Origin: Takakia lepidozioides
Lineage: Eukaryota; Plantae; Bryophyta
Assembly: GCA_030704615.1 (NCBI GenBank)
Contig: CM060731.1
Location: forward strand, 75,888,001-75,952,000
DNA length: 64,000 nucleotides
Direction: 5' to 3'
In this document: piece by piece, positions 13,193 to 25,888 of the stretch
How positions within the stretch are numbered: the first letter of the stretch is position 1
Layout of the letters: each line of letters starts with the position of its first letter
Notes under the pieces: generated by a model
What the model was told of the DNA's origin: nothing
The model's input: the letters and a program-made list of their open reading frames with translations, nothing else
Database searches by the model: none
Program-made: the position numbers and the translations under genes

Positions 13193-15327
13193 ATGGCGCT
13201 CGTCACGATCGCCTCGCGCCCTCTCTCGAATCCGGCTTCCCATTCCTTAGCGATTAAAGGGAAGTGGAGCAGGAAGAGGGTATTCGTGCAGAGGCCATGG
13301 GCTGTGTGCTATTTGGGTGGGGTGATTGAATCTCTTGAATTTTCTGCTCCGGTATGTCTCATAGCTTCTGTTATTTTAAATTGTCATCGCACCCTCACTC
13401 CTCCTCAGCTCGAGGATGATTTTTCGTTGATTTATCTTGGGTGATCGCTCTCAGGTGGCGTCTAGCTTCAACATAGAATGTGAAGACAGCGAAAGAGATG
13501 TAGAGAGGATTTCTCGTTTTATTTGTAGTTATGAAATTCAACCAGTTTTGTATAAATCCCAACTAGTGCGATTTAATTTACGGTAGCATATGCATCCAAG
13601 TATAACTGGTGTCTGGAAGTGGTGTAAGAATCGAGTTCTTTCACTGTATGGTTGGTAAGCTGTGTGGCCAATTGACGGACCTGCTTATCATTTGTCGGTA
13701 TGCCCCTTTGCAACTGTTTTGTGGCTGAATTGTGTGTGTCAAATGATGAAACACGGCAGTCCTTAAGAAAAAATGAAAAGAATAGTACCAAAATTGTTGC
13801 ACAATGTGGGTAAGTAGTGAAATTTTCCCCATGGAACAAGGAAATGGAGTGAGATTCACATCAATTTCAAGTTCCTTATGTATTCAGCAGCACTGTCTTT
13901 ATCACATCTCTCTATTATATAATGGTGGTCATGTAAGGCTAATCAATGTCCAGTGCAGGATGAAGCCTGAAGCCTCTCATTCCCACATATCATCTCAGAC
14001 ATGACCTTACTATGTGATTAGAGATCTGCAGGCAGGGCAGAGAGCAATGCAACCGCACACGAAGAGACATGGTGGCAGCCCTGGCAGTCTTAGCAGGTTT
14101 GGTGGGTGGAACTGATGGCTATGTGGTTGAGCCTCCCACTGCTTGTGCAGCTGAAATCCACCAAACAAATCAGCGTGTGGACGAAGTAAAGGTCTCTCTC
14201 TCTCTCTCTCTTTGAGCAGCCTGCTCTTTGAAATGGGCTCAGTGTCTTCCATTGCAGGGCTACAGCAAGCAATGTTGAAATAGTAAATTTGTTCCTGATG
14301 GTGTTGACTTCAAGAAATCAGCTGATCACCTTGTACAAACCTTTTCGGGATGAGTGGTGTGCAGGCAATTATCGAGAATGACATCAGGAATGGCCAGTAT
14401 TACGTGACTGGGAATCTTACCCGGAGTATTAACAATGATCAGTGCAGGTAATCGTTGAATGAAACTGACTCGGGAGGGGGTCAGCTTTCGATACATTCTT
14501 GCCTTATGATGTGAGGTTGTCAAAGTTAAATGGGTTGGTGCAATGGGGGCCTGATGCTGCAAAGCTGGCGCACCAAACACGTTTTGGTATGTGGACTTCT
14601 ATGGTCTGGAGATTACAGTTACCAGATCTGGAAGGAACATGTGGTAGTGACTGCAGGTTCACAGACCCAACTACAGTGGTAACTGGAGTGGAGAAGTATG
14701 TAGCAGCTGTTACCCTTTTGTTTGATCCCAAACTCTCACAGCAGGAGCTACTGTCAATCACTGTCACTGGGCCTCAAACGATTGAAGCTAACTGGCGTCT
14801 TGGGGGGTACTCTATTGCCAAAGACCTTACTCCTCACCTTTTCACTGTTTCTTTCTCAATTGCTGTACTGCTTTGTGTTTTAGGAGACGAGAAAGAAGTT
14901 TTGAACAGTCCTGGGGGTAATTCTTTTCACAAAGCCCTTATACAGGGACTAGAGTCAAATTGTGTACAATGCTGAGTGTGCTCGTGTTTGGTTGCATTGG
15001 TGCAGATATTTGAAGTTCCCATGGCGACCACACATTATGCCATATGAAGGTCCTTACTAACCCCACCTGCTCGCATATTGTCTTGGTTAGGAAACATATT
15101 TAGTTTTCACTGAGAGAGTGTGCCACATGAAAACTCCAAGAATGATGGCTTCAGCCAAGAGACCGCATTCTCTGTTTTCAGACATGTATTCTTTTGGTAT
15201 GACAGGATCAACGCGCTACACACTAGGAGGGTTGGTTGTCTCTCATGATGAAATCTGGAGTATATCTTTGGTCACAGCCCTGTTAGAGCTCTTCACACCA
15301 TCATGGGGGCCACACGAAGTGGGCTAA
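13193..15327 (+). CDS. DUF2358/SnoaL(NTF2)-like protein with probable plastid transit peptide and twin-arginine thylakoid signal, 6 exons, about 237 aa
   Basis: Exons 13193-13351, 14036-14191, 14365-14447, 14657-14806, 15006-15049 and 15206-15327 are in frame. Motifs are YYVTGNLTRSI, CRFTDPT, WRLGGYLKFPWRP and GSTRYTL. TRRDMVAALAVLAG...ACA resembles a Tat signal. The exon 1 donor is uncertain. Confidence 0.75.
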
Positions 15328-16437
15328 TTCCTTTTTCAACATTCCGCATAATGTAATCTTCATCACAGTCCCGGTAACAGTGCGCATGAGGTGTGAGGCA
15401 TGAGGTAACAGTTCCAATGATCTCTTTGTCCATGATCATATCACTTGAAATCTTGCGATATGTGGAGTGAGAATATTGCTTCTGACACTAATTTAAGTTC
15501 ACCCCTCTTCTTGTGGACCTCATCCATCAGGCGGCCACATTTTGAGAGTGCTGAAAGCTATTTGATCTTGGTACTCTCAAGCTCGGTAGTGGATTGGAAG
15601 TTGTTGAAGGATTGTTGTAGTTGGAGCTGTGAGAGATGAGATGTCAAATTGAGATGAGGACAGAAGAAAGATATGGAAAGGCTTGAGATTACACATTAAA
15701 CCTATTGCGGGTAGCAAATACCACTTAACAAAGAGACTACAAGAATTAAAAAATCTTTACTCACACAGAAGGTATTTCGAAAGGAGGGAGAGCTGTGGCA
15801 ATGAAGGATATCTGTATTGCTGGAATCATACAGCAGAGAGAATTTTCGTAGTACCTCCCAGCTGCCCAGCTCACTCCATGAGTCCCTCAGCTGGTAGCAT
15901 AATATTTGATTAGGTGGAGCCAGGCCATCTGACCCACTGTATTAACCTACTTGGTGGGAGTCAATTTTTCTCGATTGGAGCAATTTTGTAGGAATCCAGT
16001 TTCTCTGGAGCTACTGGATTTCGGGCAGCTGAGACCTAGGTGATTGCTCATCTTGAGCATATGACCTTCTTGCACAAAACATATTGGAGCAGCCAAAGAA
16101 TGGTCTACTGTGGTCCTTGACAAGGCTCATTGAGCACAAAGGAGCAAGTACTACGAAAGAAATACAGAATCATTCCCTGCAGTCTGCCTGGCAGTTGTCG
16201 GTGCCCTATGAATTTTCGATTGAAGAACCTGCCTTGTAGTCCCTCCCATTGGAAAAGGGACATCACCTTGGTCCTCGAGATATATCTCCAACCAAGCATC
16301 ACAGAGTGCCTGCACCTTCACTTGATCATGATTGCCTTGCTGGTGCTCTGGACTTGGCAACCCTCATCATATGCAACAATAATCTCAGTTGACCAAATGA
16401 AGGTCAAACACGAAACTCTGAGAGAACAATTTTGTAA

Positions 16438-19400
16438 CTAAATGATTTTGTAACTAGGATTTGCCAAGTTCTGCAGGCCATTGGTGACTCGAATGCTTTC
16501 AATCACGTCTCCAACCTTGAGATCTGCAAGGATGTCTTTGTTTTCCGTAACATATCCAAATACAGCATAGTGACCATCCAAAATGTTGGGCATCAGCTCA
16601 CTCTCCTTTAGCAGCCAAAATAAACTTGAAGCTGAATCCTTCTCTGACTCCTGCTACCACAGACACCATCAGTCAAGATATTCATTTAATTCCGATGTCG
16701 ACCTAAGCTTCCACCCAGCAATTGAGCTGCTTCAGCTGAAACCATTCCTGCAATTGAAAACCTTACGAACATATGTTTCATACCCAATGCTACAATGTGT
16801 GTATACTGCAAGGTATCTTTCCACCTTATCAATGATTACTCAAAAGGTGAGGACTCTGCATTGAGTAATTGGGTTGTGTCCTGTGGGCATACACATTCCA
16901 ACTTCACAAAAACTTCACTGGGCTGCTGGAAGCCCCGGAGAGGTGGCCCAACTGTTGGGAGAAGTACAATAAGTCTATCAACGGCAAAACCTCAAAGCAC
17001 TAGCACGGTTACCAGACAACTTTTGTGTCAAACCCTGCTGGAAGGTTGACAGCCAACGACTGTAATGGCATAACAGGGACTCAAATTAAAGAAATAGGGC
17101 ATAAAGGTCATAGGAAGATTACATTGCGGGCCATCGCAACAGTACCAACGGCGTTGAATGGCAGCTTTGTCTGAGCCTTATACCGACCAAGCTCCTGCAT
17201 ACACAGGTGCAAAGTAAGATGAGGTAGCCACAGTCTATGCCAAAAATTCTTAATTGACAGGAAATAAAGCATCTAACCTAGCTGTGCAGCATAACTACGT
17301 TTCCAGGAAAAAAATTAAGCTGCCAAAATCTTCTCTGTATGGTAGCCTTTCACTTGGTTTTCTGGTTTTTCAACCTCGTCTCATTAGAGTCCAGGCCAGT
17401 ACATTTGCACCAAGGATTGATCAACCGACAATGAAGGTCAAGTAGCCAAGCAACCATTGAGCAACACAATGATTCAATGTTCAATGGTAAATGACTCTCT
17501 CTAATAAATTGAAGGCCGCTTGTGAGTCCTCTCCTGGAGTGAGCAGTCTGCCACCTCTCACACAGGGCGCAACCAGGAAATTGAAACTGAAGAACACTTC
17601 TTCTATTGCCCTCTATACTATGAGATCCGTGGGAGATTCCATTGTCTATTCCGTGGAACCCAATCTCTCCCTGAGGTTTTCACTATGAGGATCAGAAATG
17701 CTTGGCAGCCTACCTGCACAAGGCATTCACCCTTAGACAATCACTCGAACAATAGTTCTTATCTTTGACTCTGGTTTCCTGTTTTCTCTCATATTTTTCT
17801 TTCCATTTTGTCCTATAAGCTCTATGAGCTTTCCGCGGACGTTATAAAGCACCATTTCATTTCATTTCATTTCAGGACTTCAGAGTGAATTCATCAAGCA
17901 TGCTGCACCTACTTTAGCCCCTTTTATAGCTAACCTCTTCAATGAGGTAGTGCAACGGGGCTTTCCAACATAGTGGACAAAGAGCATCATCCACCCACTC
18001 TTCAAGAGCGGTGACAAGCTCGCACCGACCAACTATCGTACTATCATGGTGTCCTCGTTACTTGCTAAACTGTTTGGGGCAGTAGTGGCCATGGAACTGG
18101 ATGATTGGGCTGAGTCCTCTCGCATTCGTGCTGAGGGACAGGCTGGTTTCCATCGCAACAGATCCACTATTGACCACATCTTCACTCTTCAGGTTATGGT
18201 GGAAAGTGCACGCTATGACAAAAGAATGGTCTATGTTTGCTTCGTGGACTTTCACAAAGCCTTTGATTCAGTTCCTCGGGACCTTCTCTTCCAACGGCTC
18301 CATAGAGTGGAAGTCCCTCCAGACATCCTTTGTGCCATCTCTTCTATGTATGAGATTGTCACTGGCATGGTCAACGTCGCTGGTGAATTCTCAGCCGAGG
18401 TCCACAGCAACATTGGAGTCAAACAGGGCTGCCCCCTTTCACCTACCCTGTTCGGGATCTACATTGACGCCTTGGAGAATTACATATCAAAAAACCATGG
18501 GGTTGGGGTACCATTGGATGGGGGACCAACACAATCAGATCTCCTCTACGCTGATGATGTTGCCCTTTTGGCACAATCCCCGGTCTTCCTGCAACGCCAT
18601 CTCAAAATTTTGGAACAGTTCTGCAAAGACTATGGGATGCAAGTCAATCTTAGCAAGACCAAGATCACGGTCTTCAATGGCCAGGCTGATCGTAGATTCA
18701 TCTTCAACCAGCAGGAAATTGAGATTGTGAAATCATACCGCTACCTGGGTCTGGTTATCCACTCCCCCAAGTTTCACTTTGCAGCCACTGCCTTGGACAG
18801 ATTGACTAAAGGTAAGGCGGCCTCCGTCCGCCTTCAGGCCAAATGCAAGCAAATACATCTGCGTCATCCCCCAACCAAAAGGTGGCTGTTTGACACTGTC
18901 GTCAGCCCTGCTACCATCTATGGTTGTGAGTTCTGGGCACCTGGTGTCCCTGTCTCCTGGTGGGAAAAGAATTTGGAACCATTACAGTCATCTTTTCTCC
19001 AAGCAATGCTTGGCGCCAGGAGCACAACTCCATCTCAGATCCTAGGTGCTGAGTTCGCATGTGTACCATTGCAATCCGAGGCCCTCTTCCGGCTTACAAT
19101 CTTTCTCCATAGATTACAGGCCCTTCCACCCAAGGGGCTCGTGGCAAGGGCCCTCACAACATCTATGAGGCTCAAAGCTGCAGGTTTCAGGAACTCCTGG
19201 TATGCTCGAGTGGACAGTTTATTTCAACGTAACGGACTTTCTACTGCTTTCCTATTACCAGTGAATCCAGATGAGGTGGACTTCACATCCAGACATGACC
19301 GCAACAGACTCATTAGGAGAGAGCTGATGGAATTACATGTCAAGAGAACTTGGAAGCTACCCAATCTCACGACAAAGCTCCACTTCTATCGAGAGACATT

Positions 19401-22400
19401 CTTGGCGATGATAGAATCTTGAGACCAAATTACCTTTCAGCATCCTTATCTCCTTCCCTCCTGAGGGCATTGGGGCGGTTCAGGGTGGGTTCCCACAACC
19501 TACGGATAGAGACTGGCAGATGGGAAAACCTGCAAGGGGAGGACCGCCTATGTCCAGCTTGCATAGGCGCAGCAAGGAAATTGAAACTGAAGAACACTTC
19601 TTCTACTGCCCTCTATACTATGAGATCAATGGGAGATTCCACTGTTTATTCAGTGGAACCCAAACTCTCACTGATGTCTTTCACTATGGGATCAAAAATG
19701 CTTGGCAGCCTACCTGCACGAGGCCTTCACCCTTAGACAATCGCTAGAACATTAATTGTGGTTTCTGGATTTGTTCCTCTCTCATGTTCTTCCATTTTGT
19801 CCCATAAGCTCTATGAGCTTTCCGCGGACGTTATAAAGCACCATTTCATTTCATTTCATTTCTCTCTCTCTCTCTCTCTCACTCTCTCTCGACAAGTTCC
19901 GTCCAAACTGGGCGCAGGGTCTATGGCCACAAGGCTACGGCAAACAATGTCTTATGAGTACATTCTCTTCCCTAACAGTTTGACCTTCAATTGCCTACTT
20001 GGTGTACACCAAAACACGAGAGAAGTTTCTTGCTCTCAATGATTAGTGCAAACGCCCAATAAATACCTCCAATGTGGCACTGTAAATGGGCTCCTTGTCA
20101 CCATCAACCATGATCTCCAAGGGGATTGTCCGAATCTTGCCGGTACTGGGGTCAACAAACCCCTCCACAGGCCCATCTGGGTCCCCTGTCTGAACTACAG
20201 ATCCATCAGCTGCAGCCCCCACACAAAAGAAAGTTCATTCCTGCATCAAACCACAGTTTTTGAGAAGCTCTTGTATTCCCTGACCCTCTGAGCCATGGTG
20301 AAGAGAAAATCCCTCTCCCTCCTGTCTTTGGGTCAGCCTGCTCCGTCCACTCCCCACACTGTCCCCATCTCTCCATCTCCCTCTCTTGGCCAGAGGTGAT
20401 AGGATTTCTGAAGTTTTTAGATCAGACAAGAAACCCATTTCAGTAGTCAATGCTTAGGTTGTTTCTTAGTAAATGTCTTGCATGTGCAAATGTATAGGCT
20501 GGTCAAACTGTTGCAAATGGGCTAAGAGTCACGCACCCCTTTGAATTTCCATCCCGTCATAGAAGTGGCGCTCAACCAAATCGACAAAGTTGCCGGCTGT
20601 GACAGGAGCATTGTAGCCGTCAACTACAATTTCAAGCAAAGCAGATTTGATGTTAGGGTTGTCTTTGACAGTAACCTTCATTTCTAATGTTGCTCGCCCC
20701 TTCAACAGCGGCTTGTCTGCAAACTGCTCAGGCACCTCAAATGGGAACTTGTCAACCATAGCCTCCTCAACACTGCATGAACAGGTGGCCACCCACAAGC
20801 AATGTCTGAGACAGTTTTAGAGAATCTAAATCACAGGAGCTTGCAAGCAACTTTGGGAAAGACCTATGGTAAGCCATTGAAACTGTAGAGATCAGGAAAC
20901 GGGATCACTAGTTTTCCTCCAAACCAAGGCTAATAGGAATACGAGCAAAAGTTGACAGTTCCATGGGGTTGAACACCCATGTCTCATCGTGGATCATAGC
21001 AAGGTGTCAAGTCTTGGGTCAGAAACTTAAACCCCATGAAACCCCGGAAGACAGGAAAGAAAGATTCAAGCTCTATACAGGGCTTTGTCATTTTTCTCCA
21101 CTATGGCATGTTCCAGAAACTTAAACATGGTGCTGCTTACTAGCCAACAATACGAAGGAGCTCTTTCTGCTTCGGAGCCACTGCGGCTGTGTCTTTCTCT
21201 TCAATAATATTGTAGAAGTCTTGGAATCCTTCAGTTAGCTTGTCTAGCATCTGTTGACCCTCCTCTTTCTTGGTCTCAGCAACATCTGCCAGAATTGCAT
21301 CCTTGCTCTGATGCAAAACTCCAGCTGCCTGCCTAATGTTCTGAGATTACCAGGTGCCATGAGTTTTATTAGTACATTGTCTCCAAACAATTCCCTTCCA
21401 GACTTCATATTTTTTTTTCCTATTGATGTGGGGCTCCTCACATTTCCAAAACAGCACCCTGCCCCATCCTCCAGGACATTGACACACATGTCAAGAAACG
21501 CTTTCCTGACGAAAAGGTTGAAGAAAGGCATATGGGTCTCATCTGGGCTCTCTGGAAGTGCTATATTCAGTGATGAACGAGTAGCTCATTTTGATGTCAC
21601 CTCTGTCAGTGCTGTGACAACCTGGACTGAAAATAAGACCCTGGTGGATTCAGGCAGGTCAATACCAGCAGGGTCTATGGTGCCCCTGGCTGTCAAGAAT
21701 CAATAAAATAGAGAACATGCCCGTCTATCCCGCTATTCTTAGAAGAGGTAATGGATGGCACTTACCCTTTCCACAGATCCAATGGCTTCTTCAGCTGGCA
21801 CCATCAAATCATCAGTAATTGCCTCCAAAGACTTCTGGACTTCCTTAATCGGCTTGTTATGGATAGGAAGTGCATTTCGTAGCAACACATTTGCATCCTG
21901 GATGGGCGGACTGGCAATGAGGTCACTAGTGTCCATTGCTGCATCCCCTTCCAATGCAATAGTGGGTGGAATGGGTGACAAGGGCAGGGCTATGGTAATG
22001 GCTACTGCCAGGCAGAGAGCACATGTTTGTAAAGCCTTCGTCAGTGAGTTATTTGGCCCTCCATCATCCTGCATCCCACACAAGAAGCAAATTCGGTTGG
22101 TGTGGGGCATCAAGCTGAACAGAAACTGAAGCAAAATGACCCCACCTTGAATTCCCAAAGCTCTTCTTTCCAACAGGGAGTATCCACATACATAGCAAGT
22201 GTGAAGGGGGGGCCGCTGTGTGGGGGGTGGCAGGGGTCAAATATCCGATAGTGTTGAGAGTACTCCAAAGCTGCAGACTTGATTATGCTTCAATGGTAAA
22301 GTGACAGCAAGAGAACCCCTGACTGACCCTGTTCATCAGATTTATTGTCACTAAAAGGAACTGCAGAGTGGAGCAGTCGATTGCTACAACCTGCTCTGGA

Positions 22401-22954
22401 ATACCCCTGTTTCTTCCCCAGAAATCAACGGTCCAATATCCCTGGAGCAAGAATAATACTTATTTATAGATTCCACGAACAGAAGTTCCCACATTTCCCG
22501 GGACAATTCACTTTACGACCTGGGAAACTTTGAATTCCTCATGTGGGATTGCAATCCTACACAACTTCTGTCGCAAACTCCTTATAATCTTCCGATAGGA
22601 GTTTTGAATGTTGAATTGTCACCGCGGAAAGAAATTTCACATAGCTATGAGAGTATGTGTGTGAGTTCCAATACGGACATTGGGAGTTTGAGAGGAAGCA
22701 GATACAGAGAAATCACGGATAGAGACTTGTTCTGAAGCAGATATCCTCGTTGCCAAGCAGCATTGCTCCCCCAAAAACTCCGCAGAGAGACTTCCATAGG
22801 ATCCACCATAGCGCCCACTAGAACTTTTGCATTTTCTACTCGAAGCTGCCACTGGTGAGCACAAGGGTGAAGTACATAGTGCACACACGGTGCAGGAAGA
22901 ACTGGAAGAAGCCACGGAAGACCAGCACAAAGCCGAGGACGTCTGCAGCACCAT
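16438..22954 (-). CDS. CYP38: CYP38/TLP40-like thylakoid lumen cyclophilin, 7 exons, about 464 aa
   Basis: Exons 22954-22727, 22068-21766, 21340-21141, 20772-20537, 20209-20067, 17194-17123 and 16650-16438 are in frame. Motifs are [70 protein letters not shown] and NPSYKI. Confidence 0.88.
17500..17874 (+). mobile_element. 3' fragment of RTEX-like LINE (family B) with (CATTT)n tail
   Basis: About 300 bp are highly similar to 19570-19860 and end in gcaccatttcatttcatttcatttca. Confidence 0.8.
17875..19860 (+). mobile_element. 5'-truncated RTEX/RTE-like LINE (family B) with RT domain, in CYP38 intron 5
   Basis: ORF 18046-19422 contains [31 protein letters not shown] and YRYLG. The frameshifted C-terminus reads [16 protein letters not shown]...CPAC...[10 protein letters not shown]. 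The element ends in a (CATTT)n tail. Confidence 0.92.
19895..19968 (+). mobile_element. 3' tip of LINE family A following a (CT)n microsatellite
   Basis: aaactgggcgcagggtctatggccacaaggctacggcaaacaatgtcttatgagtaca matches 4042-4099. Confidence 0.85.
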
Positions 22955-24500
22955 GGCGTTTAGCCTCCTTAAAACCTCAGAGACAGAGATCCGCACCAAA
23001 TCAAAAAAATTCCGTCCCAGACAGCACTCCAGCTGGGGAATTCCTCGTACCACAACACACGAGTAAGAGAGAGATGAAGAGGTAAAAACAGTGGGATGCT
23101 CCTACACCCTCTGTGCGTCTCTATATATATATCTCTCTCTATCTCCCTCACCTTTCAAAGTCTATGCTGGAGGAAAGAGATACAGAGCTAAAAAATCCAC
23201 AAGGTAAGAAGATTGATGAGCAGCAAATTGAGACGTGATGCCCGCATGCGCTCACAGCGAGAGCGCTGGAGCCTGCTCTCTCACTCAGAGGAGGTCCGCA
23301 GAGATAGGATGCGAGACGATTTGCCACCGGCCATCACCGGTCACTCCCGGGGTGGCCACCGAGTACCGGGCAGCATTCAAATTTGACCGGTGGGCCCGGA
23401 GAGACACGTGTCCCAAAGGAGCACGTGGCGTCCAACTGCTCCACAATCCACCTGGAAGATTCGATGTCCGAAGCATAGGCCCGGTAGTAGCGGGTGCGCA
23501 GGATAAGGAATCGCCCATGAGACGGCCACGTACCCCTCACCCTCTCTCACGAATCCTTGTGAAATCCGAACGCAGTCTCGAAGATTGCATCGAGGGGCTG
23601 TTGCTGGAGTAGAAAGCTTTGCATCTGCTAAACAGTGGAGAGATGAGAGGGGACGGGGATGATAGAATTCAGACGAGGAATGCGATGCGAATTTCGAGAG
23701 ATAGATGGTACTGAAATTGGATCAGTCCCGGCTCTTTGCAGTCTTAGAGGGGCTGCGAACTGGGGCTGCGAAGTCCATTCCATTCCAGAGTCAATCTCCA
23801 TGACAAAGCTCGCTGATTCAATGTGTCTATTATTGTTGTTGTACTCAGTAGCCCGTGAAATTTTTCGCAACAGTGGCTCCACTACAGTCTCTGGATTTGA
23901 CACATCTATAAGATCCTTGTTTTGGCCGGTAACTGTCACAGTTTCATAGACCGTGTGCCTTTCGGAAGCGTGACAGTGCCGTCTCGTACTGAGTCACTAT
24001 GTCATAATGACTATATGAATCACTATATCATTATGTAGATGAAACCTTCTAGATCAGAAAAGAACAGCAATCAAGGTCGGGGAAGCTGGAGGATTCCTCT
24101 GATCAAAACTGCATATCGATTCTGCTACCAAGTCTAGATCAATTAATACTCACAGATCAGGTTGTACGAGAGTACTGTCTCCACTTCCAAATCCCATCAC
24201 CGAGGGAGCAGAGTAACAGCGGTATGAGTGCTCTAACCTTCCTTCTAGAGACCGCCTCTCATCATACCTTGACTCACTCCACACGAGTGCTTCCTTCGTT
24301 GCCAAAGAAGGTAGTACCAGTCACGTTGCAATGTGCGAGAGAGGCGCGAGACGAGCCGCTCCCGAGCCTCGCGAGCAGACTCTCAAAAAGGTGACGATGC
24401 AGAAATGGCTTTTTTTTTTCTTTTGTTCTCTTTTTTCTTCCTTTTCTTTTCTTTTTTTTTTTGGTTAACAGGGGGATTAGTGCCCTAGTTAACTTTATTA

Positions 24501-25888
24501 AGGTCAGTTCACACCTGTGGTTAGCCGTGTTGATAACCCAACCATTATGTACCTCCGTTCACACATACAGACATTTATCTGTAGTTTGGTGACGTGGATC
24601 GGGCTATTACCACGCCTATCACCATGTGATAGCGGGGGCGGGAGAAGTTAGACAGGTCATTAAAAATCTATGCAAATCGTAGATTCCCATAAATTTGAGC
24701 CCTTATCAGCGGCGGTAAAGTATCAACTTGAAAACTAGTGTGGTAAACTAGTGGCGTGTGTAGTATCCCGTCGCTAGCGTTGAGCAGTCTCCTCTCGCAA
24801 GCAGTGCTCCTTCGCAATAGAATTTTGTGCTTTCAAAGCATTTCAGTTACTATGGCTTTAAATTCTGAGAATTCACAGGCAACAGAAAGCTTGGAAGTCA
24901 GGGATTATGATCAGGGTGGAGGTCGAGGGGTTCGGGGAAGAGGTCGGGGTGGCAGCAGAGGAGGGCGCAATGGAGGAGAACCTATAATTCCACGGCAAAG
25001 ACACCAACTGGGAGAATAGTGAAATCCTAGCTCTCATTGCATGCAAGCATGCAGAACATGTAGCACAGAGAGAGGTCATTGATCCAAGAGCGCATATGAT
25101 CCCTGTTGCGCAGCGATGGGAGAAAATTGCTGAAGAGTTGCAAAAGAAGACCAAAATGAGATTCCCCAGAAATAGTAAGATGGCCAAGGACAAATGGAAC
25201 GCACTCAACTCCAATTATAAAAAGATTATTGACTATCACAAAAGGTCGGATAATCATACAGCTTGCTTCTGGGATCTATCGTTTGAAGAAAAGGAGAGGT
25301 TCTACTTGCCTCGTCAATACAACAGAGAGTATTATGGTTTGATTGAAGCATTTCAAGGGGAGAAGATTATTGATGCTCCCTTGCATATCAAAGATGTAAA
25401 TGTTGACGGAGATGGAGGTTACAGAGGTCCTACGTAAGAAACACATGACGAGAATGAGGATCTACGATCTGAGAACAATCGAGTTAGGACTTGAAAGCAG
25501 ACTCCGTATTCTGATGTGCATGCACCTAGATTACAAGCTGAAAAAATTGTGCAAGGAGGATAATTTTCAATGGCCGCACGATGCTAACGTGTTGTAAAAT
25601 GAGTGACGTATATTATGTAGAAAGAAGGTAGAAAGGATCAAGCGAACGATCACTTATTGTAGAACTCCCGTAGAAACATCTCTTATCACACAAATTGCAG
25701 AGGTGATTTCATGAACAAAGGTAGCTGAGTGATAACTGCTATCAATAAATCAGGTTAACTTAACTCCATGTGTGAACAGAGATAAGGTGTTGATAAAGTT
25801 GGGTTACCGATCATTGGTAAAGGGTCCAAAATATGGCTCTATCAACGTGGTAGGGCGGGATAACATAACCCTAGGTGTGAACTGACCT
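24501..25888 (+). mobile_element. Non-autonomous PIF/Harbinger DNA transposon (1388 bp)
   Basis: TIR aggtcagttcacacct (24501-24516) pairs with aggtgtgaactgacct (25873-25888) and extends to 23 bp with 2 mismatches. The TTA TSD lies at 24498-24500 and 25889-25891. The element carries a Myb/SANT-trihelix ORF but no transposase. Confidence 0.9.
24852..25437 (+). pseudogene. Harbinger-associated Myb/SANT (trihelix-like) DNA-binding protein, frameshifted
   Basis: NWENSEILALI...QRWEKIAEEL...RNSKMAKDKWNALNSNYKKIIDY...FWDLSFEEK. There is a frameshift near 24995 relative to the ATG at 24852. Confidence 0.75.

Noticed and set aside
16105-16400. Minus-strand frame QVKVQALCDAWLEIYLEDQGDVPFP downstream of CYP38
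   Set aside because: It looks protein-like, but I cannot assign a family or an exon structure.
23235-23949. Overlapping GC-rich ORFs upstream of CYP38
   Set aside because: No motifs or splice structure; probably promoter or intergenic sequence.
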